NCBI GenBank assembly: GCA_028023455.1
Contig: JAQFVV010000002.1
Span: forward strand, 13,206,001 to 13,270,000
Origin: Epiperipatus broadwayi
Lineage: Eukaryota; Animalia; Onychophora
DNA: 64,000 nt
Direction of reading: 5' to 3'
A model generated the notes under the pieces. The model was not told where the DNA came from. It made no database searches and saw only the letters and a program-made list of their open reading frames with translations. The translations under genes were made by a program, and so were the position numbers. Below are positions 27,342 to 38,851 of this stretch, piece by piece; the first letter of the stretch is position 1; each line of letters opens with the position of its first letter.

Positions 27342-27884
27342 CCCTATATAATACACGATTAAGTATGTGCACTTTTTTATTAAATAAATTTTAAGGCAAT
27401 TTTAAGTAATAACACTAAGTGTTATAATAATTATACACCAGGAAAATAATATATATAATGATTTATATTTTAAAAATGAAAAAATAAAAAAATAAAATCT
27501 TTATTGATAATTCAGTCAAAATAATGAACAATATAGAATAGTATAATTTTGGGGAAATTTTATAATTTAGTTTTTCTTACTTTTAAAAAAAACAAAATCA
27601 CCAGTAATTTTACCACAATCTACTTGATTAAATCACTCAACATCACGTGATCATTACTGTATGGAGAGTTTTGTTTGCTTAATCTACTTGATTACTTAAT
27701 TGTGCTTTGATAAACAGAACAGCCATGTTGATAATACAGGACTGTGAAAATAAACTTTTAAGAATGAATTAATGTCAGTAATTCTTCTGTTGCTAATTGA
27801 GCTAGTATTGTTCATAAAACACCATTTCCTCTTAATCTCATTTTTGAAGTTCATACACAATTATACAATAAAAATTATATATTA

Positions 27885-27987
27885 GTCAAGCGTTGTTAGC
27901 CGAGAGGTCATTGCACCCGCCTTGCAAGCAAGTAGTTGGTTACAGACGGGTGTGGGTTCGCGTCCCGGCCGATGCTATGACATATGG
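27885..27987 (+). mobile_element. tRNA-derived SINE, copy 3
   Basis: GTCAAGCGTTG..GCCGAGAGG..GGGTTCGCGTCCCGGCC with an internal insertion; TSD AAAATTATATATTA. Confidence 0.8.
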
Positions 27988-29220
27988 AAAAATTATATAT
28001 TAAAAAAACTGATTGCAACATCATAAAATATTTAAGCTAATAACATAAATTGATTATTACATATTTAAATACTTTGGTTTGTTTATTATAATTTCTTTTT
28101 AAAAGAAATATTTTTCTAGAGAACTTGGCATCCTCCTAATTGTTTGCTTTATATAAATGTGTCACTCATCTCACTCTTATTTTAGCTCCGATTTATAGTC
28201 AATAATAGTTACATATCTATTAACAACCAAATTGAATGCCTAGTCTTATTATAGTAAAATAACTATCTGAAAAAAATCCTCTCTGTTGGTGATCTGAAAA
28301 ATTTCCAAGTCTCACCTGGCTGGTTTTAAACCTTATGGCAGAAGTACAAATCACTACAACATAATTTTTTGGATATTTAATAGTCAAAATTTATTTATGA
28401 TAAATAGTTCTATTATTAATAATAGGTTATTAAGCAGATGGTTTTAATACAATTGATTAAAAATACTGATGGATTTACTAATGTATCAGTACAAGTTTTA
28501 ATGTCTTAATTCCATCTCAACTATATGTATTTATTATTTTAGGTATAACACGGTCAAATGTTGCACTTTCATAATTATTAGTTTTCCATAAAACTCTGGA
28601 AATTCTCACAGCCTAGATTTAGATTCATGAATATATCTTTCAAAATCATGAACAAATTTCTGTGTTCAAACCAGTACAAAGTGTGAACAAGGCCAATTAA
28701 CCTTCAAAATTAGGCTAGGCTTGTTTAAACTATCAATACATTTTCTAAAGGTGTACAATAAAGTCAATAACCATTTTTCCAGGTTTTTTTATTTTTCTTC
28801 ATCTATGAAAATAAAGCTGTTATGGTGATCTTTAGTAGGCAGCATATTTTTCGTAGTATTGAGAAAATACTTGTCCATCAGTACTAGGCTAATATGGGAC
28901 ATCAGAATATATAATACATATAGTAAGGCAAATATATCATTAACCATAAATATAGGTAATCATCACTTGATTTATATAAATACAGAGTTTATATAAGAAA
29001 CTACAAATTCAAAAAATGTGATGTCCAAGAGATCCACAGCCCTAAATTTTTGTGCATTTCATTGTATGTAGATATCTAATGCGGCAATGTAATGCTTATT
29101 TTCATCTGTTAAAATGTATTTTCAATATTCTGCACTATGAATAATGGTAAATATGTATTAAAAGAAAAATCAGGCTTAGATAAAATAAAATTTAGGAAAA
29201 CTGGACTGCATCTATTACAT

Positions 29221-29610
29221 ACATACATACATATTTCTACTTAGAAATGTTTTCCATCTAATAAAAGAAATTATGTAATAAAGAAATGTCAAAACATTTA
29301 TTGCCTCTAAGCTCCTGTCAAGCGTTGTTGGCCTACTGGTTAGCATAGCTACATGCATACATATTTCTACTTACAAATGTTTTCTGTTTAATAAAAGAAA
29401 TTATATAACAAAAGATTGTCAAAACATTTATTGCATCTAAGCTCTTGTCAAGTGTTGGTGGCCTAGTGGTTAGCATAGCTACATACATACATATTTCTAC
29501 TTAGAAATGTTTTCCATCTAATAAAAGAAATTATGTAACAAAGAAATGTCAAAACATTTATTGCATTTAAGCTCTTGTCAAGCGTTGGTGGCCTAGTGGT
29601 TAGCATAGAT
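29221..29610 (+). repeat. Tandem array of three 130-bp units, each ending in a SINE 5' head
   Basis: Units start at 29221, 29351 and 29481; each ends GTCAAGYGTTG..TGGTTAGCATAG. Confidence 0.9.
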
Positions 29611-29665
29611 ACCCCCCAAGCAGCTGACCCGGGTTCGCTTCTTGGTCAACACATTTGACATATAA
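29577..29665 (+). mobile_element. tRNA-derived SINE, copy 4
   Basis: TGGCCTAGTGG A-box, GGGTTCGCTT B-box, 3' GTCAACACATTTGAC. Confidence 0.8.
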
Positions 29666-31405
29666 ACATATATATATTTATTGCGTTTATTTACAAAAAT
29701 AATATGTTTATAACAATTAAAATGTTTGCCTTCTTATTACAGTTAGTAGAATTATAAATATATACTTGTTGGCAGTAACAACTAGTGAGATGAATAGATG
29801 TCACCCATGGTCTTTCTAATAAAAGTTGATACTTCCAGCCTTGTTGATTTGCCTTGTGAAAAGCTCAATATTAAATGCAACTAGCATTTTTTGATCCAAG
29901 TTTGAGCATGCCTAACTTTATTCTAGCAAATAGTGAATGTCAATTTGTATTACTATGAAAATAATTCAGACTATGGATTATTGTCATGAATATGACTTAG
30001 GAATTGGTATTTTCTTGAATCTCAAATGGATTTAATTTTATAGCTAATTTCACTACCTTACTGAGAACAATTGAATTTACTAACCTAGTTCTATGATTGG
30101 CCTTTTTTTGAGTTATTGATTATTATGTACAGTCTTATTGTTTTATTGATCATTGTATTTTGAATACAATAAAAAGCTTTAGAATTTGGATAAGTCCATT
30201 ATTGAGGGCAAGCATAAGATGAGTTCACAACCTTCCTCCCTCTATGTAAAGATAGCCATGGAAACCTAATATTTGAGAAAGGCTGGTATACAACTACTTT
30301 TTCTTCATTATCTAGCCTGGTTTCATCATGACTTTCAAATGGTGTTCAGTTTGGCTAATGAAATTGCCTAGAATTTTAAAATTATGCACCAACTGACATT
30401 TCTATCTGTAATATTAATCATCTAGGCTTTGGATAATCATTATATGTTGAGTTTTTGTATATATAATTAATGTTAAAGCATCTTTGGTAGTCTGCCTGAT
30501 TATAAACATAGTAAATGATATTTATCTACATTTTATCATTTTTATCTTCTTTATTCCCACTATATTGGTCAAATCTCCTTAGTTTTATGATTTGTTGGCA
30601 TCCTTATGATGTCAGATTTGAGGGCTTTAGACTTAAATGTCAGTGTCAAAAGTATGTTACTAGATTTAGCCAGTTTTGTTTTTATTCAATCTCTAGGTGA
30701 TCAGCCATTTGGAAGAATTACTGTTTTTGATCCCAAATAATACATCAGTTTTTAATTGAGAGTTCCAATCCCTATATTCAGTAAGCCAGATATAATTCTT
30801 CTGTGTTTGTTTTCTTGGTCAACTTAGATGGACCCATTTAATTATTTTTTTAATCTAGGGCCATCACTGGTTTATTAAGAATCATTTATTGCTTATCTGT
30901 GGCTCAGTTTCTAAATCTATTTTACTAATAGATTGATCAGCTTCAATTTTACTACTTTATATTATTTCTTTAACTAAACAAACTTATACAATCCCAGTTT
31001 ATGAACCGTCTTATATATGGCTAGTAGTTTTTTAATTTTTTTATTTGTGACCTGATTCACTTTAATAACTGCACAACCTATGTGATTGATCTGATCTTAA
31101 CCTAATAGATTGCTGCATTATTCTACTGATCCAACAAAAGACAAAATATGTTTTTCATATACTGAAATCTTTATTTTTGCTTCATTCATGAGGCATATTT
31201 GATTAACTTATTAATTTGTAATTATTTTACTGCTAAGATGCAATCAATGATTTTTTTTTATTAATGATAGTCCAGACATTTTTTGGTATGGTATACACTG
31301 CAGATTCCATATCCAGTTCCATTAACATTTGTGTTAATAATAGTAATTCAGGCTTTATTAGCTAAATTATCCTTTCAAGCCATTTATATTATTTATATTG
31401 ATATT

Positions 31406-31613
31406 CAAAATTAACAAAGCATATGACACACTTGAATGAGAAGCTATAAAGATACACAGAAATTATTACATGCTAAGCGCTTTCGAGGCCTCGAAAGCGC
31501 TTAGCATGTAATAATTTCTGTGTATCTTTATAGCTTCTCATTCAAGTGTGTCATATGCTTTGTTAATTTTGTATATTAAATTATCGAATGAGAAGTCTTA
31601 AAATCTTTAATAT
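31406..31613. mobile_element. Perfect 166-bp zero-spacer palindrome plus 42-nt tail (family C), 14-bp TSD
   Basis: 31406-31488 is the exact reverse complement of 31489-31571, centred on TTTCGAGG|CCTCGAAAGCGCTT. TTTATATTGATATT at 31392-31405 and 31614-31627. Confidence 0.9.
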
Positions 31614-32932
31614 TTTATATTGATATTATAAGATTATACTTTACCATTTGGATTTCTTAAAATAGATCCATTCTTTTTTTGACCAACTTGCTGTCTCTTC
31701 TTTTTTTTAAGCAAGAAGCTTCTAGTAAGTCTCACACAATTGCAACATCTGCCAACTCTATATCTATATGAACATTGTGCATGTTGCCACTTGTTTCATC
31801 TTTAGCCAACTTTTCCATGGTACTTTCTGCTACTTCATTTTGGAAATCTTTAATAATAATTTTAGCTAGTGGTTCCTTCTTTTGTTTAAATCAGTTAGGT
31901 ATTTCTCTGAACCAGATTTTCAACTTACAACTTTAAAAAAAGGAGCAGTTTTCTCTAATGGAATCACCTAATTTATTGTAGCTTGAATTAGGATCTCCTG
32001 CAATATCACAGAATTGACCTGGAATGCCATTCACCTAGAATACAACGCAATTAGTGGTATTTAGATCATTCGTAACTTGACTCTTAGACTGTGAACATTT
32101 ATTACAAAAATAAAATGTCCCTCAGTGTCTCATTTAGAGCATTTGGAATTGAATCTCTATATCAAAATTTATGGAATTTCCCTCCTTTTCTTAGGATTTA
32201 GAATACAAATATGGCATTTTCAGAGGATTATTTTATTAAAATCTAATTCAAATGGAAGCATACAGACATTGAAAATGTATGATTTTGTTTGGTAAGCTTC
32301 ACATACACTTATAAATGTTGCTAATCTTAATTTTAATTTTTTAACTTGATTTGCCTTAAGAAAGAATTCTATTTATATATATTGAAAAATTTTCTGGATT
32401 GACCAGATTGAACTCTTCCAGAAAGCCAATCTTCACCATATTGACTTAACTATTTTTCTGCTGTGAGAGAAAAAAAATCCCAATATTTGATAGAAATGAA
32501 CTAATCTTTAATATTTACTTGTTCTAATTCTTTTTGAGTAGTGTTAATAATATTGGCTACTGCTGATTCTGTTAATAACAACAAAGGTATAATTAATCAA
32601 CAAAGATAGATTTTGGAATACTGCACCAATTTTATTGAATATATGTTTTTGATGCTATGAAAAATGTTTTCTAGCTAATGAATAAATGAAATAAAATTAA
32701 ATTAATATCAAAACATTTATTGTATCTATTTACAATAGTTAAAATAATATTCATTAAGGCTGTAGCCTCAATCACGTGTATAAAATACGATAATAGGGAC
32801 CTCTACAGGTCTGATTACAATTGATAGAATTACAAATATATAATTTGAACAGTAACAACCAGTAGTTTGGAGGAATGTCAAGACTTCTTTCAATAAGTAC
32901 TAACAACCTCTAGATTTGTTGTCTTGTCTCAT

Positions 32933-33242
32933 GCATAGTTCAATATTAAAAGCTGCTTAAAGTGGCCTGTTCTATGTTCAGCAGCATCTAACTGCATTCT
33001 AGCCAATAGTAATATATATTACAGGCAACGTAATTCCAGACAGTGAATTATTGTTCTCAATGTGACAATAATTTTTGCCTTCAAGCAGGCAAAACTTATT
33101 GAGTCACATTGAGAACAATAACCATTATGAATTACTCTAACTGTAATATATGTTAGCAATTGGTGAGAATGCAGTTAGATATGCCCAAGCATACAACATG
33201 ATACTTTAAGCAGTTTTTAGTATTCTATTGTAATTGGCATAT
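32933..33242. repeat. Long diverged fold-back, about 150-bp arms, tiny loop
   Basis: Centre TTTTGCCT-TCAAGC-AGGCAAAA; TTATTGTTCTCAATGTGAC/GTCACATTGAGAACAATAA and TCTAACTGCATTCT/AGAATGCAGTTAGA pair. Possible 9-bp TSD TTGTCTCAT/TTGTCCCAT. Confidence 0.75.
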
Positions 33243-33799
33243 TTGTCCCATTGGCTACTTGTTTGCATTATTGCTATTTACTTATTGTATTCTGAATCCA
33301 ATCTAGAAAGCACTAAAGGTTGAGTAAGTTCATTATTGAGGATAAACTTAAGATGAATCCAGTATTTAATTAAAATAATTAATAGCATTATAGATCAAAC
33401 TGTATAATATTACCTTTGTAAAATTAACAGTCCTTAAACCATTACATAGAAAAGCCATCTTGTTTGAAATATCTTTTACATCTTGACCTATTTCAATAAA
33501 AAGAATGAAGTTTGAATTTGAATATAAATAGACAATCTTATATTTTTAATGTTGGACAAATAAAAGCATTCATTTTTGTAATGTATGTGAAACTGCTCTC
33601 ACATATGAAAGTAATTACAGGTGCCTTACAAGAATAAATGAATACTATTTTTCTTTTTTTGGAAAAAAAAAAGCATCATTAAAAGAAAATTCAGCATTTG
33701 ATATTTTATAATTTAAAAATAGATATAATAAACACCTCCACACTTCCCCATTCTTTTCAAATTCATATAAATAAAAATATAATAAAAGACAGATGACCC

Positions 33800-33839
33800 C
33801 CAAGATGCATTTCGTGCTAAACCAGCATTCATCAGTTGG
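33800..33839 (-). ncRNA. Family B hammerhead, best-preserved core
   Basis: Minus strand CCAA-CTGATGA-ATGCT(GGTTT)AGCAC-GAAA-TGCA-TC-TTGG with palindromic stem III ATGCAT and AUC triplet; lies in a family B fragment at about 33735-33965. Confidence 0.8.
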
Positions 33840-34239
33840 CCCAGTTCACTATCTCTCATATATATCTCTATTATATGCAAAGTATTTATCTAGAATAAAT
33901 TGTTACATTTTCATTTACCATTGTCAAACTCCCTCCACTCACAACTTTGACGCCATCCATTTCAGATAAATACACTAATGATTATTACTAATCATTTTCG
34001 AAACTAGAGAGTATCTCTAGCACAGATATAAACTGTAAACCTCAGTTAAAGATTAATATATGATTTTTTAATTTACACACACAGAGTTATTCACCCAATT
34101 TAAAAATACTATTAGGACAAGGCTTCCATGACTAAGAATAATTGATTTTTTTCTTTTACTACAGTTAATCTACCTATCATAAACTTTAGTAACTAATAAT
34201 AGATAGCACAGTACTGAACAGGCATTTAATGAATATTCT

Positions 34240-34790
34240 CATCTCACATCTATTAGTTATTAAAGCTCACTATAGGTGACGTAACTATGATAAAAAAATA
34301 TGCTGCTGAAACAACAATGATGTAAGTTAAAATCATGTGATAGTCATGTGATATTTTGTTGACTTTATGTGATTTTTTAAGCTTAGGATGGAGGTACCTA
34401 TGGTTGTTAAAAAAATTGTGAACACCATATTGTTTAGATACTGAACTGATTTCAGTTCTACATGACTAAACCAGAAAATTGACTTGGATTGAAAATATTT
34501 TTTTCTATTTAAGCTGTTATCTTGATAGCTAAAAAAAGAGGTAAATTACAATTACGTTCTAAAGATTCAAATGCACCATTCCAAGATCCAAAGCTCCTTA
34601 CTGATGAAAGTTACAAGCTTGAAACTAGTCTGGGAATCTTCGGTAGGATAGCATGGAACAGGGATTTATTAAGGACTGCATGGCTTCTATTAGTTACTAA
34701 AGCTTACAATATGTGATGTACCTACTATGAAAGAAAAAGTATGCTACTGAAACAGCAATGATGTAAACTGAAATCATGTGATATCGTTGG
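34240..34790 (+). mobile_element. Family A-related element with terminal direct repeat and hammerhead (34595-34636)
   Basis: 34262-34360 repeats at 34699-34790 (437-nt period). TCCTTA-CTGATGA-AAG(TTACAAG)CTT-GAAACTAGTC-TGGGAA. Confidence 0.7.
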
Positions 34791-35249
34791 TTTAATAGTT
34801 ATACTTACTATATTTTATCAAGATTAAACATCACTGGTCGTAATAAAAAGTAAAATCATAAGTGGCATATATTTTTAGAAAGTAGCTTGATTGATTGATA
34901 TGAATAATTTAGATATAATAATAATTTAAAACAAGATTGAAAAAAAATTTTGATCATTGATAGCAAAGAGATTAATTATAATCGTTAACTAAGTACTAAC
35001 TTCATTATTTAAAAATCATTAGATTTTTTAAAAATATACGTACACCAGAGATTTATTATGACGAAAATAACATGTAAATAAATCATGAACAATAATGTTT
35101 ACAATAGTCAATTTCTTTTTAAATACAGTACTGCAAATTTTTTTATTCTAGTTTTATTTTTGATCTTTCCTATAACTATAAAAGATTTCATAATAGCATT
35201 AATAATAATTAGAAGAAAAAGTATGTTTTTAATTGTTAGTCTGTAATTC

Positions 35250-35785
35250 AGCGTAAAATATAAGAAATACGTTTCCCATGCTATCTAAAAATTATCTGCA
35301 TTTTCGTGCCCTCTAATGACAAATTAAGAAAATAAAATTAAATATCTCTGGAAGTCGCAACTCAAAATTTATTTCATTTCCTGAGGAAGTTTAAACAATT
35401 GTCTTTGATATTTATTTATAAATCTAATCGTTCCATTAAATAAGTAATTAGAGTACAGATTTTATGAATATTTAACGTGTCACTCTCCGTTCGCTACAAT
35501 TATATGTTTAAATCACTAATCACGAAATAATTTTAGCATTATTTCTGTGAACAGAAAATTGAAACTGCCTTGCGAGCGACATCAGAAATGGAAGATTCAA
35601 ATCCTGTTATGGCAGTGAACTTTTAGATTTACCTTAAATAACAGAAGTTGACTCATTATAATGTGACATTTCTTAGAAAAAATAAATTAGATAGTCACAG
35701 GTTCATTAATTGTTTAATAAAAGAAGTTGTTATTTAATTTGCATTTTGGCAAATCGTAACATAAACATCATTCCAAACGGGTAAA
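35250..35785 (+). promoter_or_regulatory. Candidate CpG-retaining promoter / first exon
   Basis: 13 CpGs counted in about 530 bp against near absence in flanks; donor-like CGG|GTAAAT at 35780/35781; GTGCCCTCTAATGAC (CTCF-like half site) near 35306. Confidence 0.4.
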
Positions 35786-36384
35786 TTAATTTTTTTTTTT
35801 TAGAAATAAATAATAAAATAAAATTAATATATAATGCATCCATAATATTAAAAGAATTTGATATAAATATTAATCAAAAAAATAATAATTCTTTACAACA
35901 GCTCTATAATCAAATAATTTTATACATAAAAAGCCTTTTTCAGCACTTAGTGACCTTTTCAAATGTTAATAATCTATTTAACGTTTAAATGTTACTAATC
36001 CCTTTATTCCTTTCCACTTTTGATATAAATATTGAATGATTTTTAAGTTAGAATTTTTTACAAATGTTTATTCTGCACAGAAGTAAAAACAAGATTTAAT
36101 GAGATAATTTTAAAAATATTAATAAGTCTATGATATGATGTATTTTTCTCTGAGTGCATAAAAAACTTTTCAATAATTTTCTGAACAAATAAAGGCCAAA
36201 GAATTTTAATGCCTCCAGAAGTCGATATCTCAAATTTATCCCACAAAAGTGTCCATATTTAAATATCCATACTTAAATAAAATCTCAACATTAAATGCAA
36301 ACTATATCAAACATTTTGATAGAAATAAAGGAGAAATCCCAACCGAACCTTTTATTAAAACAGGCAAAACTATCTATACGTATT

Positions 36385-36952
36385 GCCACTCAGTGCAAGC
36401 CAGAGTAATCAATGATGCCAGAAGGCTTATGCATAAAATTCCCAACTAGTGCCTATTCATTCAATATCCCCAAACTAGTTTCTGGCTTTTGGCCTTCGTC
36501 AGTGAGGAGCCTTGGATCTGAGAGCACTGCACTACATCTTAGAATCTAATGCAACCCTCCGGCAGCCACCTTTTATCTTTACTTAACTACAAAACTATGA
36601 GACTTAAATTGAAAACACTATAATATTTTCAATCCAAGCTCATCAGCTTATATAGTCACATAGATCTGAACTCAGTTCAGTACCTATACATTTTGGTGTT
36701 TAGCCACCACTATCCTATTGGGAAGGGTTGGTTTAAAGCCAATAATCATCACATGATCACCATTTCCTATGCTTTCTCAATAGGATAGTGGTGGCTATGG
36801 CTATGAAAGAACCAAAGACACCAAAATGTATAAGTACCGAACTGAATTCAGGTCTGTGTGACTATATAAGCTGATGGCAATATGTATAGGAGTTTTGACT
36901 GTTTTAATAACAGTTAAAAGCAAGCATAAAAAATGGAGATCGTGTGATGTTT
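36385..36952. mobile_element. Family A head-to-head composite with hammerhead (36467-36508, minus)
   Basis: Minus arm 36385-36775 contains TCCTCA-CTGACGA-AGGC(CAAAA)GCCA-GAAACTAGTT-TGGGGA. Plus arm 36778-36952 inverts 36643-36720, then jumps to the family 3' end (GATCGTGTGATG). Confidence 0.7.
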
Positions 36953-37329
36953 ATTGACTTCAAACCTTTAATGTTTTATTGCATTGGTAAATGGAATACT
37001 CTTGACTCAAAATCCACCTATGGATCGCAGCTCCTACTCTATTACTTCCCTTTTTGTGAACAGAAGAGTACTAAACCATGTAATTTTCTTTTTATTTAAT
37101 AAAAATATGAATATCTACCTCCTATTTTATATCTACCTCCTATTTTAGTACTTGAATGCCACTTAATCTCCTTATCAATTAAAAAATTGATCATATGCAA
37201 AATAAAAATACATCAATTTTTTTATAGTATAGAATCATCCTCTCTTATTTTTTCAATAAAGTCTTCATTAATGTAATATTTATTGATTTATTTATTTAGA
37301 TTTTGATTTATTTTGTAAGTAATTAAACT

Positions 37330-38700
37330 ATTAAAATATCATAAAGAAACTTCTACAGATTCCATCAGGAGATAATAGTTTATTAAGTTCTTTAATTCTG
37401 CCAATGTGACCATGGATTTGACACATCTTAGCTATGTATTTCATGGCTTGTATTTAACCACATCTATATGTCATTGATACTTAACTTCCATTTATGAAAA
37501 AGATGAATGCAACTACAATGGGTTGTCCTGAATTGATTGATGAGATCGCAATAATATTGATTTTATAGTTCGATCTGGAATAAAAAATTTAAAGCATAAT
37601 TTTTCATTTGTAGATTCTTAGACGAACATCCAGAAAGGGATTTTGATTTGGGATGACTCTTAGATGATGGAAGTATATCTTGAGTTACTTGCAATTTGAG
37701 TATGTCCATAATATTTTTTATGGTAACATTTAATTGGATATCTAGAATTTTAGTATAAGCACTTTTTTTCCAAACAGACCATACAGTATTAATCAGAAGA
37801 ATACAACCATAGCTTTACATAATTTAGTGCAAAGGTAAAGAGGCAATTGAATCACAATTGTCACTTTCAGTACTCAAACTTCTTACAAATTCCTGAGCAA
37901 TAAGTCATTTGTTTGGTTTTTATTTAATGCAATCATAGATATCTACTACACTTTGTTTCTTTTACCAACTAATCATATGAAAAACAAATATAAGATGACA
38001 TTAACATAGAATTGTCCTTTATATAGATATTTCTTACTTTCCTTTTCTTCAGTAAAGACTTTAATAATATAATATTATTTTATTTGCTTAGTGTACGGAT
38101 TTTTAAAAAAATCATTTAACTATTTATATATTATCATAAAGCACTCTTATAAAGATTCCAATCAGGAGAAGAATCAATTAGTGGCTTCGCTAAGTTTTTC
38201 CCATACTGATACTGTATCCATAGATTTAATGGATATTAACTTTGTGTTTTTCATGGTCTGTATTTGATCATATTGATAGTTTTATTAAATTCCATTTATG
38301 AAGTAAATGAGCACATCAACTATGAATTATTAATAAGATTCCAATAATATTTAGGAAAATAAAATGGATCTGGAAAAAGAAATTTGTTTGAAACCTCATA
38401 ATAAATCCATTTTTATGCATTAATTCTTTATATGTAGATTTTTGGTTGAACATACAGAAGATCTTGATTTGAGATAAATCTTAAGTTACAAAACTATAGC
38501 CAACTTCTCTTTTCATATCTGATGGAAGAATATGTTAAAGAACAGGAAGTCAGTGTAAGAAGTAGATCTGAGTATATCAATAATATCCCATAGTAATATT
38601 TAACTGAGTATTCAGAAGTCTAGTATGGATATTTTTTCTCTAAGCAGGGGCTCAATATTCACTTGTATAATATGCTAGTGCTAAGAAAGCTTGTATTCAA
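37330..38700 (+). pseudogene. Two diverged tandem copies of a decayed coding-like unit, family unknown
   Basis: About 796-bp period (GATTCC at 37358 and 38154). Aligned peptides VTMDLTHLSYVFHGLYL..TSIYE vs VSIDLMDINFV/FHGLYL..NSIYE; many stops. Confidence 0.4.
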
Positions 38701-38851
38701 AAAAGAAAATACTTGTATAGAAAGTATTTACAATAAGCTATAAAATTTGTTCCACTAAATTAGAGTAATAATTCTAAATTTTATATAAACATATATTGTT
38801 TATATAAAATGCATTATTGTAGATAATGCATAAGATGCATTAATTTTAATA

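Noticed and set aside
26601-27372. ORFs of 65-79 aa in family B arms (also at 38928, 39318, 41724, 42125, 55127)
   Set aside because: Frames and starts are not conserved between copies; treated as incidental ORFs in a non-coding repeat.
31650-32050. Protein-like minus-strand frame (KEPLAKIIIKDFQNEVAE..)
   Set aside because: In-frame stops and no recognisable family.
36620-36655. Minus-strand CTGATGAGCTTGGATTGAAAAT
   Set aside because: Stem II cannot pair, and the motif is not conserved in other family A copies.
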